Shown piece by piece: positions 27,110 to 37,268 of a stretch of DNA of 63,447 nucleotides. The DNA is taken from IMG/VR virus record IMGVR_UViG_3300049896_000002, positions 1 to 63,447 of that record. One strand, given 5' to 3'. A program made the position numbers and the translations under genes. How positions within the stretch are numbered: position 1 is the stretch's first letter; the number at the start of each line of letters is the position of its first letter. The notes under the pieces are model-generated. The model was not told the origin of the DNA. It made no database searches and saw only the letters and a list, made by a program, of their open reading frames with translations. The stretch comes from a virus. Taxonomy: Duplodnaviria; Caudoviricetes.

Positions 27110-27507
27110 TGGCGACAGACGAAACCAAAGTTATAAAACCAGTCGTAAAGAAGCGTGAGGCGGGCTTTAGCGCCGAAGGCAAGGCGTTTCCCGGCGTAGA
27201 TCCCGACACCGGCGAGCGCAAGGCGGTGACGTGGCACGGGTTGCGCGCGGAGTTTGGGGAACGGATAGGAGCGCGTCTCTATAATGCTCTCGCCGTGGCT
27301 GCTTTCGGCGGAGTGCAGCCTGGAAAACCGGATCTCTCTATCGTTACAACCGAACTGTTCCGGGCTCGTTTGAGAAACACGCAGGGCGAATTCATTGAGA
27401 CCGAGGAAGCGTATGAGAAAGTGCGGGAAAAGTTTATGGCACGCGCAGAGAAAGTAAAAAAGATCTTGGCAGACGCGGAAGCCGAGTCCGCGAAGGAGAA
27501 TAACTAA
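27109..27507 (+). CDS. Hypothetical protein
   Basis: Coupled on both sides. Confidence 0.65.
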   Translation: MATDETKVIKPVVKKREAGFSAEGKAFPGVDPDTGERKAVTWHGLRAEFGERIGARLYNALAVAAFGGVQPGKPDLSIVTTELFRARLRNTQGEFIETEEAYEKVREKFMARAEKVKKILADAEAESAKENN

Positions 27508-28130
27508 TGGCAGGCGTAGCTGATGGCTGGGCAATAGGCGAACTCCATCGCGGGTTCGCAAAGATGGTTATTAAACTCGCCATACCGGCGGTTGATGGCG
27601 TCATGGCGATTGACTTCGCCACCAAGATGCCGGATTCCACGGCTAACCCGAGCGCGATCCATATCGGCTACACCAACGAAGGATGGGACTTTGCCACAAC
27701 GCCGACCTTCGATGCGATTCGCGTTGACGAAGAAGAAGATGCAGTGTCTGACTTCATCACGGAGAATGAGGCCACATTTTCAGGTGCCATGCGTCAGGTG
27801 CGAAACCTGTCAAAACTTTCTGCAATGCTGCCTGGATCGGTCTATACAGCACCAACAGGTACGCCAACACAGATTGAAAAAGTGACGGGTGGCGGATTGC
27901 AAACGTTTGACTATTTCTGTGCCGCGGCGATCTTCCCGGATGACGATGATGATGCCGTGGTCTGGTGGATAATGCTCTACCGCTGCCTGAATCGTGGGGG
28001 ACTAACCATCGGACTTGGCCGCACAAAAGACGCCGCAGCTACGGTAACGCTTACCGGACGCGCGGTATCAGGCCGCACTGCCGGAGATCGCACCTACGCG
28101 ATTGTTCGGGCTGAGGACGTGACACCGTAA
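27507..28130 (+). CDS. Major tail tube protein
   Basis: IGYTNEGWDF..TPTF..IRVDE; precedes chaperones and tape measure. Confidence 0.85.
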   Translation: MAGVADGWAIGELHRGFAKMVIKLAIPAVDGVMAIDFATKMPDSTANPSAIHIGYTNEGWDFATTPTFDAIRVDEEEDAVSDFITENEATFSGAMRQVRNLSKLSAMLPGSVYTAPTGTPTQIEKVTGGGLQTFDYFCAAAIFPDDDDDAVVWWIMLYRCLNRGGLTIGLGRTKDAAATVTLTGRAVSGRTAGDRTYAIVRAEDVTP

Positions 28131-28156
28131 CCTTTAGACTTTAATTTCTAACAACC

Positions 28157-28203
28157 AGTGCCGTCGGCGCTCTCAAAAAGAGAGTTTGCTTGGCGGCACT
28201 TTC
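28157..28203 (+). terminator. Hairpin plus T-run after tail tube gene
   Basis: agtgccgtc...ctctc-aaaaa-gagag...ggcggcact-ttt. Confidence 0.55.
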
Positions 28204-28219
28204 CATTTAGGAGACAAAA

Positions 28220-28780
28220 ATGACGGAACAATTGAAAGTAACCAGTCCGGAAGAGTATGCAGAGAAGGCTCGCCAGGCAAACGTTAGCGAGTCGGCGGGA
28301 TTCCTTCACAAGCTAAAGAAGACGGGCGCAGTGGTGCGTCTTCGTCACGTGGACATGGAAGCGCTGGCGGTAGTCGGTGCCCTGCCAATGTCGCTTGTCA
28401 GGGCAGCCACAGGGGACATTGAAGAAGTCAACCGAAAGATCGAAGCCGCAAAGAAGAAAATGCCGTCGCCAGAAGAGATCGAGGAAGGCAACAGTAACCT
28501 GATCTTTATCAGGCAAATGGTAGTTGAGAATTGCCTTGAGCCCACGATCCGCTACTTCGAAGGCGTTGGAGTCTTCTTTGTCAATAAGGAAGGAAAACAA
28601 GTTTCGCGTGTGGACAAAGATGACTTCATGGAAATGTTCGCGGTTATCAGCGGGCAGGAGGGCGTGGATGGTCTAGACTCCTTTCGTAGCCGAGCGGAAA
28701 GACGAGCATCTGCTAGTAAGTCTCGCGGCAAGAGACTTCGGTCTGGACCCGTGGGAGTTAATGAAGGGCAACCCGCGTAG
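28220..28780 (+). CDS. Tail assembly chaperone (G-like)
   Basis: Between tube and tape measure; SD AGGAG. Confidence 0.8.
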   Translation: MTEQLKVTSPEEYAEKARQANVSESAGFLHKLKKTGAVVRLRHVDMEALAVVGALPMSLVRAATGDIEEVNRKIEAAKKKMPSPEEIEEGNSNLIFIRQMVVENCLEPTIRYFEGVGVFFVNKEGKQVSRVDKDDFMEMFAVISGQEGVDGLDSFRSRAERRASASKSRGKRLRSGPVGVNEGQPA

Positions 28781-28988
28781 GTTTAACTTCGACCTCTCGT
28801 GCGCAGCGGTGCTGCAAAAGTACGATCTTGACCGGGACGAATCGGCGCGCAAATTCCACGCGGCAGTAATGGGGGCTGAGTTTAAGGATGATGCTCCAAA
28901 GACCGGCAAGCCAATTGCCTCTAACGGGCAAAAGCGCACGATGACCAAAGACGACATCATGCGGAACTACGCAAAAATAGATGGCTGA
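28683..28988 (+). CDS. Tail assembly chaperone frameshift extension (T-like)
   Basis: +1 frame open from 28677: FVAERKDEHLLVSLAARDFGLDPWELMKGNPRRFNFDLSCA. Confidence 0.7.
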   Translation, partial: FVAERKDEHLLVSLAARDFGLDPWELMKGNPRRFNFDLSCAAVLQKYDLDRDESARKFHAAVMGAEFKDDAPKTGKPIASNGQKRTMTKDDIMRNYAKIDG

Positions 28989-31900
28989 CGCCTTAAGGCT
29001 TTTGTTCGAGTTAGACGTGGATTCCCGCTCTGGTACGGCGGGACTGCTACGTTTCCGTAAGGACATTGCCGCCACTATCGAAGCAGCGCGACGCGCGATC
29101 ACTCAACCATTAAAAACCCTCAACACTGCACCTGCAACTGCCGCAATCAGCAAAGCTTCCGTTGCGACTCAGGAGTTAGCCAATCGCAACGCTCGCGCCG
29201 CACAGGCATCGCAGCGACTACAAATTGGTCAACAGCGATTAGCGGTGGCTACTACTCAAGTGACGGCGGCACAGCAGCGAGCCGCCACCGCCATCCAACG
29301 CGCCGCCACAGCGCAGACACAGGCAGCAGCGGGTGCCATCCGGGCCTCTACGGCTTTTCAGCGCGCAACTGCGGCGGCAAACAGCTTTGCGCAGTCTTTG
29401 AATAGCAACCTGACACGGGCACTTGCATCAGTGCAATCAGGCTTGCGCAGCTTGGGCTCAGGACTTCAGTCAATCGGGCGCACACTTACAGTCGGTATCA
29501 CGGCTCCGATACTTGCCCTCGGAGCGGCATCACTTAAGAGCGCGAAAGATCTCGATGCGAATGTAAACACCTTGAAAGCGTTTACAGGCAGTGCGGCAGC
29601 GGCAGAAGTACGTCTGGCCCAACTGATCAAGACTGCACGAGGGACACCCGGTCTTACAACGACCCTTGCCTTAACTCTTGATGCTCAACTGCGCATCGCA
29701 CAGACCACACAACAAACTATCGATCGAGTTTTGCCAGCCATAGGGAGACTGAATGCTGTTTCAAAACTTCCTGATGCAGCAAGGTTCACACAAAACCTTT
29801 TGCAACTCGTCACGCAAAACTTTGAAAAGCAAGACTTAAAGGAACTGGTTGGTCAGAGCCCGCTTGCGGGCCAGCTCCTTACCGAGATCTTCAAGGTTGA
29901 CTCACCGACCAACGCGAAGGCTATCCGAGAGCAGGCGAAGAAACTCGGGCTAACGAGTGTTGACGCGTTCTTTAATGCCTTTGCAGACGCAGCCGCAAGG
30001 AATCAAGGATTAGCAACTGTAACGGAGTCGATCGGTACGCGATTTGACAAAGTAGTAGACCGCGTGACGGTAGCCTTGCGCCCGCTTGGCCTGGCGATTC
30101 TGAAGGCCATAGAGCCTTTTGTGGAACCTGTTGCAAGGCTAATTGAGCGCATTGGTGCTGCCTTTGATTCTCTTTCCGAACCAGTTAAGACAGCCATCAT
30201 CGTGATTGCGGGAATAGCAGCGGCTGCTGGTCCTGTTTTGTTTGTATTGGGTGGCTTGGCAACTGGAATCACCGCGGTGGTTTCCGCTATCGGGACTATC
30301 GCGGCGGCGGTCGCGGCGGTTGGCCTTCCGGCGATCGCTGCCGCCGTCGGCGGAATTATCATCCTCATAACAGAATGGGCTGTGATTCTCGGCGCGTTGG
30401 GACTTGCTTGGCAGAAAAACTTTCTCGGCATTCGCGATTTGGTGTCTGAGGCGGGCTCTGCCGTGTTCGAGGCGTTCACTCGCATCAAGGCGATCATTGA
30501 TGAAGCAACACAGCGAATCCTGCCAACGCTGCAATCAATTACAACGAAGGTTTTAGGAATTATCACATTGGTTTGGGAGAGGTACGGAAAAGTAGTTGTT
30601 GCCGTTGTCGGAACAGCCTTCAGGTTTATCTTATCCGTTACAGAAAACTTCCTAAAGAACTTCACGGACTTTGTTGATCTTGTTTTGAAGTTGGTAGACG
30701 GTGACTGGAAAGGCGCGTGGTCAGCGTTTTCACGAATCGTTATCCGAGCGGTTGAACAGGTTGAGTTCGTCTTAGTGAGGCTGAATGCGATTGTCTTGAC
30801 CGCCTTACTTAAGCTGAATCAGGCCATAGTCCGCGGGGCTGTCAACTTCGCTATAGCCGCTGAAATACTGGCAGCGAAGTTTATCGCGGCTTTCGTGTCT
30901 GCCCTGTTAAAAGCGGATAGAGCCATTCGGGATGCGCTGATTGATGCGTTGATCTTAGCCGTGAAGGGAATGGACGTCACAACCATTGGCGCAGTAATGG
31001 TAGGAAAACTCCTAGCGGCAATGCGGAAGGCTGCCGCACAGGGCGTCACCGTGCCGATTGAGTTTGTTCCTCAGGATAACCTCCAGCGTATAGAGCTGAA
31101 TCCGGATGGCTCGATAAAAACAAAGAAGACGCCGCCTCCGGGTGGTGGCGCGGGTGGAAAGGACAAGGGAGCCGACGCGGAGACGAAGCGCCGCATACGT
31201 CTGCTTGAACTTGAAGCAGAGCGAACTGAGGCGATCAATCGACAGAACATCGAAGCTGAGCGGCTGAGATTCGAACTGAAAGAAAAATCGCTTAAGCAAG
31301 TCACGGAAGACGAGATCAGGCTTGAGCAGGAAATCTTAGAAAAGAAGAGAAAGATTTTCGCTGCGGAGTTGATAGAAGCTCAGAAACTTGGCAAGGGGCG
31401 GGAGTTAGCAGAAAAGGAAATCAATCTCAAGTCGCTACAGGCTGAGATTGAGTTTCACAACAAGGTAAACCAGCTTCGAGTTAATCAACGTAAGGAAGAG
31501 GAACGGGCAGCGATTGAGCATCGGCAGAAGCTCCTTGATATCCAAGAAAGAGGTGAGGCTCGCGAGATAGCCCGTCTTGAGGAACTATCCAAAACCGGGC
31601 GGATTACCGCGTTTGAGCGTGAAAGGCGTGTTGCTGAAATCGAAGCTGATGCTCGCAGACGCCGCCGAGGCGAACTTGAAAAGCAACTGGAGGAAACCAA
31701 AGAAAACAAGGAAGAGCGCGGACGAATTCAGGACGAGTTAGCGCAGTTTGATGAAGAGTCCGCCGAAGCCACCGAGGAAGCCGAGCGCAGGAAGCGTGAG
31801 GCACTGCAAGAAACTGTTAGAGCTTTCAACAGCTACAAGCGAGCAATCACCGATGCAATCGCAGAGACTAACGCCGCAATCAGAGATGTCGTTCGCATTG

Positions 31901-33087
31901 CCCTAGAGCGGCCCGAAGCGGCTTTCAATCTTGGGCGACAACGGATAATCAAAGCGCAATTCAAACTACGACAACGGGAACTCGCAGAAGATCGCAAAGC
32001 CGCACAACAGAGGATAGACGCTCAAGAGCAAGATGCGATAGACCAAGCGAAATTAACAGGCGACTTTGAAAAACGACAGTTCGAGATCGAAGAAACGTTC
32101 CGGAGGAGACGATTAGCCGCTGATCGACAGTTCAACGCGGAACGCCGTGCGCTTCAAGAGGAGGAGCAGAGAGAACTTGAACGGGCTAATCCCAATTCCA
32201 CTCGTTCACTTTTTGGCGATACGTTCGCGGATGCCGCCAACGCCATTCGAGAGGCCGCACGGTCAGCAGGGGAGGCAGTATCAAGCCTGACCGTTATCCT
32301 CGGGAGCTTCGGTGCCGCAGCCGCAGAACACTTCGCTAACGCTTCAGCGCAGGCTGGCAATTTCATCTCCACGTTACTCGAAGGCATTGACAATATAGTC
32401 GCGGGGTTAGGCGACATGCTTGCGAATTGGGTACTCTTGGGCGAGACCGGTGCTGCGGCATTCCGGAAACTGATCGCTTCGACGCTTGCCTACTACGCAC
32501 GAACCTTTCTTATCAAGGCACTCGACAATATAGGTGAAGGATTCTCAAACCTTGCGAAGGCGAGTGCGGCAGCCGCTTCGGGTAATTTGGTCTCCGCTGC
32601 GCTCTATAAAGCAGCCGCCGTGCAGAACTTTATCTCTGCGGCTAAATACGGAATTGCGAGTGCCGCCACAGCCGTTGCGGGGCGTTTCGCGGCGGGCGAC
32701 TCGTTTAAGCAAAAAGATACAGCAAGGCGCGCAGTTAACGGAGGGGAAGACGCAGAACCGAGGAATCGTACCTTTAACTTTGGCGGAGGCGGGCCAGTCG
32801 AATCATCTTCACAGGCCACTCGAGATGGATCAGGTGGTGTCCTTGGCCGTTTGGTTGGGCGGATAGAATCCTTACAACAACAGAATCTTGAACTCCAGCG
32901 TCAGCAGCAGTTACAGAACGCGCAAGTTGCCCAAGCACTGACGAAATTTAATACCGCTAGCCCTGGTGATGTGGTGACAATGGGAGCGCAACAACGTCCC
33001 GACTCGATAGGAGTAGCTGTTATTGATCACTCAAATTCAAGTGGAGACTTCAACGAAAAACTACAACGCAATTTGGGGTTTGCCTAA
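28981..33087 (+). CDS. Tape measure protein
   Basis: 1368 aa, Ala-rich, GITAPILALG, hydrophobic central segments, long coiled coils. Confidence 0.95.
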   Translation: MADALRLLFELDVDSRSGTAGLLRFRKDIAATIEAARRAITQPLKTLNTAPATAAISKASVATQELANRNARAAQASQRLQIGQQRLAVATTQVTAAQQRAATAIQRAATAQTQAAAGAIRASTAFQRATAAANSFAQSLNSNLTRALASVQSGLRSLGSGLQSIGRTLTVGITAPILALGAASLKSAKDLDANVNTLKAFTGSAAAAEVRLAQLIKTARGTPGLTTTLALTLDAQLRIAQTTQQTIDRVLPAIGRLNAVSKLPDAARFTQNLLQLVTQNFEKQDLKELVGQSPLAGQLLTEIFKVDSPTNAKAIREQAKKLGLTSVDAFFNAFADAAARNQGLATVTESIGTRFDKVVDRVTVALRPLGLAILKAIEPFVEPVARLIERIGAAFDSLSEPVKTAIIVIAGIAAAAGPVLFVLGGLATGITAVVSAIGTIAAAVAAVGLPAIAAAVGGIIILITEWAVILGALGLAWQKNFLGIRDLVSEAGSAVFEAFTRIKAIIDEATQRILPTLQSITTKVLGIITLVWERYGKVVVAVVGTAFRFILSVTENFLKNFTDFVDLVLKLVDGDWKGAWSAFSRIVIRAVEQVEFVLVRLNAIVLTALLKLNQAIVRGAVNFAIAAEILAAKFIAAFVSALLKADRAIRDALIDALILAVKGMDVTTIGAVMVGKLLAAMRKAAAQGVTVPIEFVPQDNLQRIELNPDGSIKTKKTPPPGGGAGGKDKGADAETKRRIRLLELEAERTEAINRQNIEAERLRFELKEKSLKQVTEDEIRLEQEILEKKRKIFAAELIEAQKLGKGRELAEKEINLKSLQAEIEFHNKVNQLRVNQRKEEERAAIEHRQKLLDIQERGEAREIARLEELSKTGRITAFERERRVAEIEADARRRRRGELEKQLEETKENKEERGRIQDELAQFDEESAEATEEAERRKREALQETVRAFNSYKRAITDAIAETNAAIRDVVRIALERPEAAFNLGRQRIIKAQFKLRQRELAEDRKAAQQRIDAQEQDAIDQAKLTGDFEKRQFEIEETFRRRRLAADRQFNAERRALQEEEQRELERANPNSTRSLFGDTFADAANAIREAARSAGEAVSSLTVILGSFGAAAAEHFANASAQAGNFISTLLEGIDNIVAGLGDMLANWVLLGETGAAAFRKLIASTLAYYARTFLIKALDNIGEGFSNLAKASAAAASGNLVSAALYKAAAVQNFISAAKYGIASAATAVAGRFAAGDSFKQKDTARRAVNGGEDAEPRNRTFNFGGGGPVESSSQATRDGSGGVLGRLVGRIESLQQQNLELQRQQQLQNAQVAQALTKFNTASPGDVVTMGAQQRPDSIGVAVIDHSNSSGDFNEKLQRNLGFA

Positions 33088-33537
33088 ATGTTACCTACTG
33101 GATACAGCCAGTTGATCTATAGAGGCCACTTCCACGTCACGGAAGAATTAGACTACTCGGGTTCAATTCTCTCTGCGGGTATGGGCTGGGGCTATCAGGA
33201 CGCGGATACGTTTTTCCCGCCGTTGCGCAATTGCTCGCTCTCCTACCCAACACTGCATCGTGACGCGATGATCGAAGTCGAGGAAGATGTTTTCAAGAAT
33301 CGACTTGATTACTTATGGGACTTTTACGAGGCGCGTAAAACGGCTGCAAACGAACCGTTTTTGATGAAGTCTCCAAAGGATGGTAAGTGGTTTTTATGGC
33401 GCTTTGCAGATGACAAGCTTACCTACGAGCTGCTTGATCTCTACATGGCATCGAGCGGCGTCAAGTTAGAACAAGCCAATGTACGGGGCGTGACTCCCGA
33501 CAACGCGGACGGTTCGTTTGATGAGGAGGAAGTATGA
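33088..33537 (+). CDS. Distal tail protein
   Basis: Directly after TMP; LWDFYEARK..EPFL..RFADD. Confidence 0.7.
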   Translation: MLPTGYSQLIYRGHFHVTEELDYSGSILSAGMGWGYQDADTFFPPLRNCSLSYPTLHRDAMIEVEEDVFKNRLDYLWDFYEARKTAANEPFLMKSPKDGKWFLWRFADDKLTYELLDLYMASSGVKLEQANVRGVTPDNADGSFDEEEV

Positions 33538-33947
33538 GTTGGCTAACACCGGAAGAAGCAATTCGCAGTGCCTTTGAATATCGCTGGCGCGGGAGTAAGT
33601 CTAAAGAACCAATCCTGTTTACTGATTTCGATGTCAACAATTTGCGCGTTGTCCAAGTATCGCCGGGAGACTGGGATGACGTTGGAACGTGGCACGCGTT
33701 GGAGCGTCCGATGACTGATGCCGAGTTTAGCGCTATTAACTCATATATCCGAGACTCGCGCGGAACGATGGCGCTTGGCGAAGAGGTAATGCAAGAACAG
33801 GGACGGCCTGTAAGAGTGCGTGGTTACATCAAGCGGTGTTATCAAGGGGGCCACGGCTGGAACGCGACTCTTGACCTTGATGAAGTGCGCAGGGAACTCA
33901 ATTCTGTGTCATATAACGCAGATGGGAGCTTTAATGAGGAAGAGTGA
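33534..33947 (+). CDS. Inserted hypothetical protein
   Basis: Ends NADGSFNEEE like the preceding gene (NADGSFDEEEV). Confidence 0.6.
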   Translation: MSWLTPEEAIRSAFEYRWRGSKSKEPILFTDFDVNNLRVVQVSPGDWDDVGTWHALERPMTDAEFSAINSYIRDSRGTMALGEEVMQEQGRPVRVRGYIKRCYQGGHGWNATLDLDEVRRELNSVSYNADGSFNEEE

Positions 33948-33949
33948 GT

Positions 33950-34192
33950 TTACAAGACGGCAGGAGTCCGCACCGTGGGATCAGCATCAAGTGCTTGCTT
34001 CAAAGCTCGGATGTTATGGGCGGCTTGGGCGGGGTCCGTCTCGATTATTTGCGCGGCCTCTTCATATGCGCGTAAAAGGAGCGAATACGCGAACTCTTCA
34101 TATAGACGCGAAGTCTCAGCCCCTTGCGCTTGAGCCACGGAAACGAGATTCGCCAAGCCGGCACAATTTTGCTTTATCTCTTCATTCGTCAT
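33950..34192 (-). CDS. Antisense moron-like protein
   Basis: Fills the gap exactly; TATAAT 8 nt upstream of ATG. Confidence 0.65.
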   Translation of the reverse strand: MTNEEIKQNCAGLANLVSVAQAQGAETSRLYEEFAYSLLLRAYEEAAQIIETDPAQAAHNIRALKQALDADPTVRTPAVL

Positions 34193-34210
34193 GCGCCCTG
34201 ATTATAGCCG

Positions 34211-37200
34211 ATGCCTGAGCATTCAGCACCAGTTCTTGAGAAGATTTCCGATCTGCAAGCCCTTCCCGCAGGTGAGCGTAGGCCCGCTGAAATAGTGGCT
34301 ATCTACTGGCCTTCCCCGACAGGCATGAAAGTCTACGCCTCGGCTATGTACACCGAGCATCCGTGGTGGCCTGACCTTGCAGCGGCCATCGAAGCGGAGT
34401 TTGGCGATGAGATCCCGATCACCCTCACGCTAATTCCTGACGGACGCTCATCTTTTAATGACTTACCACGCACGGCTTCTGTTTCTGACGATTCAATCAG
34501 CCTTACATTCTCCGATTTGGATGACGAATTCTCTGATTTGTTGATGACTTACGGAGAAGGCATTCGCGTGGAAATTTTCGGATATTGGCCGGGAGTTGAT
34601 CTCCTTCTCAGCATGTGGCGCGGCATCCTCTCTGCCCCAAAGGAAATGAACCGCTCACAGGTGAAGGTATCGGCGGTTGCTGGCTGGCGCTCGCCTCAGA
34701 TGCTTGTGCCGCGGCGTCCGCACGCGACGTCTTGTACGTTTATCTTTGGCGCTCACTACGCAACACAAGCCGAGATAGATCAGGCGAAAGGATGTCCCTA
34801 TAATGCCCACCTGACGGAACTGGAACGCGGCGGCGCACCTCTCATTGGCGTTCCCGGTTTTACTGACTGCCCGCGCCGTGTGAAGGCGGATTGTTCCGAG
34901 CGCCTGACGGAACCTGACACGGCAACTCCTACAGAGAACTTTTGGCCAGGCTTCGAAACGCGCGCCGATCCAATTCCAAACAACCAGACCAAAGGCCCAA
35001 ATTTACTTGCCAGATCCTATGGCAACGAATCGAACTTAAACGATCCAATTCGTGTGATTGCCGGTGAGCGTTATATCAAGGCACTCAACTTACTCGCCTT
35101 TCGCAACGAAACGGATACGAACCATCCAGAAGACGGATTTGGTGCCGCACTTTTTGAGGTAGCCGAAGGTCCACTCTTGGCTATGTGGGAATTCCGTATC
35201 AACGGGGAGCTGGTCGGGGCTGAACACTTTCAAATCCGCTTGGGCGAGTTAGGGCAGAGTCCTTCGGATTGGTCCCCGGATGTTAATAGTTACTCAGGCA
35301 CGGCTCACTGTTACGGACGCATTCAGGGCGAGTTTGACAACGCAACGGCCTCAGACTACTCAGGCAGTATTCGCGCACTCGGAGCAAAGGATGTTCGTGT
35401 CTACTCCGATCCAAACACGTTTATTGAAGCCTACAGCACCAACCGCGCTTGGTGGCTGTTACACATACTCGCGCATCTCCGATGGGGCTACGGGCAAGAC
35501 TATCCGCGATACGACATTCAGAGCGTCATCGACACCGCGGCGTGGTGCGACGAAACCGTATCGGTTGCAGATCCAAACGGCAATGCCTTCTCAGGCATCC
35601 GCTCTACTTTCAATGCGGAAGTGACCGCTCGCGCTATTCAGCAACAGGTTAAAGATATCTGCACTGCGGGACGGATCGGGCTGCCTTTCGAGTTCAATGG
35701 CAAGGATGTCTTTGTGCCGCTCAGGGCAGAAGACACTAGCGATCCCGACATCCCAGCATTCACTGATGAAGGCCCGACTCGTAACATTGTGTACTCGGGC
35801 GCAGGGTCATCCCTTGATTGGAATTATATTTCGGATGACACACTCACAAACCAGTGGACAGTTAACTTCGAAGATGCCTCAAACAGTGGAGTTGACACGC
35901 AGTTAGTTTTTGGCGATCAGCCACAACAATTAAGAGCAGGCAGGGCATGGGGCGATCGCTCCAAGCGAGTTCTAAACAAGTCGCAGTCCGCTTTTGGCAT
36001 CACTAACTTAGACGAGGCTGCGCGATTCGGCCTGTCACTTTTGTTTCTTGGGCCATTGGACTCAGGTGGCATTCTCAACCCGTGGAGCGTGAAATTCTCC
36101 ACCTGGTACACACACGCTTTCCGCGTTCAAAACTACAAGCTGATTCGCGTTCAGAATTCAAAACTCCAGTCAAAGATAGCTGCTTACTTCACATCTCGCG
36201 GCTTGAGTCCTTACCCCAGCGCTGACTACACCTATTTCCGTGTGATGAAGTACACCCGAAAAGGCAATCTCCAAGTCGATATCGAAGCGCAACTCTATGC
36301 TACCTTTGAAGAGGTTCCGTACACGCCAACCTGTGAGACTTCCCTGCTTGCTCCGGTCGTATGGGGCGAATTCAGTAATATCGAAGAGACCGATGATGGG
36401 GAACTCATACGCGATGGTGGTACGCCTGGTACTAATGACTCATGGGCGCGAAGCGAATTCCTAGTTGATGGCACATCGTGTGCGCGATGGGAAATTCGAA
36501 CCTACTTTGATCGCGCGGAAACCAACAACGACATCTATTTCGTGATCGAGGATGAGTTAGGCGGGGCAAATAAGTACGGCTGGCATTTGACGAATGAAAC
36601 AGTTGACTTCCGAATGGGCGCGCGCCACGGCGTAACACAGGATTTTGAAGTTTATTACGGACCACAGGGCGTTGATGACCTTAATCAAGTTGGTTACAAC
36701 GTTGGCTTCCGCTTCGGGATTCACTACGACAATGGCACGGTAACGCTCTACAGAAATCAGCAATGGGCCACGAACACTGACAACCTCGTGGAGCCTTCGT
36801 CCTTTTCAGGTCTTGACACTACGAAGCAGTGGCGTCTGCGCGTCTTCGTTTTCTCGGCCTCGGGAGTTGCAACGCCAGCATTTGAGACGAATGGAAGTCT
36901 TGTGGGCGGCATTGGAGCACCGCGGGACTTTCGCGCCACAGTGAACGCAGCGACAGGGCTGGTGCAACTCTCATGGTCCCCGCCGTTGATAGGGCCAGAA
37001 CTTGTGACCGGCTATCACATTCGGCAAGGCGTTACAACGATCATGGCTCCTGCGCTCGTTTACAACTACTCCCTCACACTCGCACCGGGAACGTATACCT
37101 ATCGAGTGCGAGGCGAAGGTGATGGCCCTATCTTTGGTGCCAATGCTTATGTGACGTTTACAGTACCGGAGGCACCAACCACTGGCACAGACCTCTTCGT

Positions 37201-37264
37201 GATTGATGACTTAACGCTTGAAAGTGTTTTTGATGACCTGACTATTGAGCAGGTAACGGTATAA
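34211..37264 (+). CDS. Tail tip/hub protein with Cys cluster and C-terminal FN3 domain
   Basis: CTF..CPY..DC..DC cluster; YSGTAH, STNRAWWL, WCDE motifs of central tail proteins; APRDFRA..LSWSPP..YRVRG FN3. Confidence 0.8.
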   Translation: MPEHSAPVLEKISDLQALPAGERRPAEIVAIYWPSPTGMKVYASAMYTEHPWWPDLAAAIEAEFGDEIPITLTLIPDGRSSFNDLPRTASVSDDSISLTFSDLDDEFSDLLMTYGEGIRVEIFGYWPGVDLLLSMWRGILSAPKEMNRSQVKVSAVAGWRSPQMLVPRRPHATSCTFIFGAHYATQAEIDQAKGCPYNAHLTELERGGAPLIGVPGFTDCPRRVKADCSERLTEPDTATPTENFWPGFETRADPIPNNQTKGPNLLARSYGNESNLNDPIRVIAGERYIKALNLLAFRNETDTNHPEDGFGAALFEVAEGPLLAMWEFRINGELVGAEHFQIRLGELGQSPSDWSPDVNSYSGTAHCYGRIQGEFDNATASDYSGSIRALGAKDVRVYSDPNTFIEAYSTNRAWWLLHILAHLRWGYGQDYPRYDIQSVIDTAAWCDETVSVADPNGNAFSGIRSTFNAEVTARAIQQQVKDICTAGRIGLPFEFNGKDVFVPLRAEDTSDPDIPAFTDEGPTRNIVYSGAGSSLDWNYISDDTLTNQWTVNFEDASNSGVDTQLVFGDQPQQLRAGRAWGDRSKRVLNKSQSAFGITNLDEAARFGLSLLFLGPLDSGGILNPWSVKFSTWYTHAFRVQNYKLIRVQNSKLQSKIAAYFTSRGLSPYPSADYTYFRVMKYTRKGNLQVDIEAQLYATFEEVPYTPTCETSLLAPVVWGEFSNIEETDDGELIRDGGTPGTNDSWARSEFLVDGTSCARWEIRTYFDRAETNNDIYFVIEDELGGANKYGWHLTNETVDFRMGARHGVTQDFEVYYGPQGVDDLNQVGYNVGFRFGIHYDNGTVTLYRNQQWATNTDNLVEPSSFSGLDTTKQWRLRVFVFSASGVATPAFETNGSLVGGIGAPRDFRATVNAATGLVQLSWSPPLIGPELVTGYHIRQGVTTIMAPALVYNYSLTLAPGTYTYRVRGEGDGPIFGANAYVTFTVPEAPTTGTDLFVIDDLTLESVFDDLTIEQVTV

Positions 37265-37268
37265 ATTT

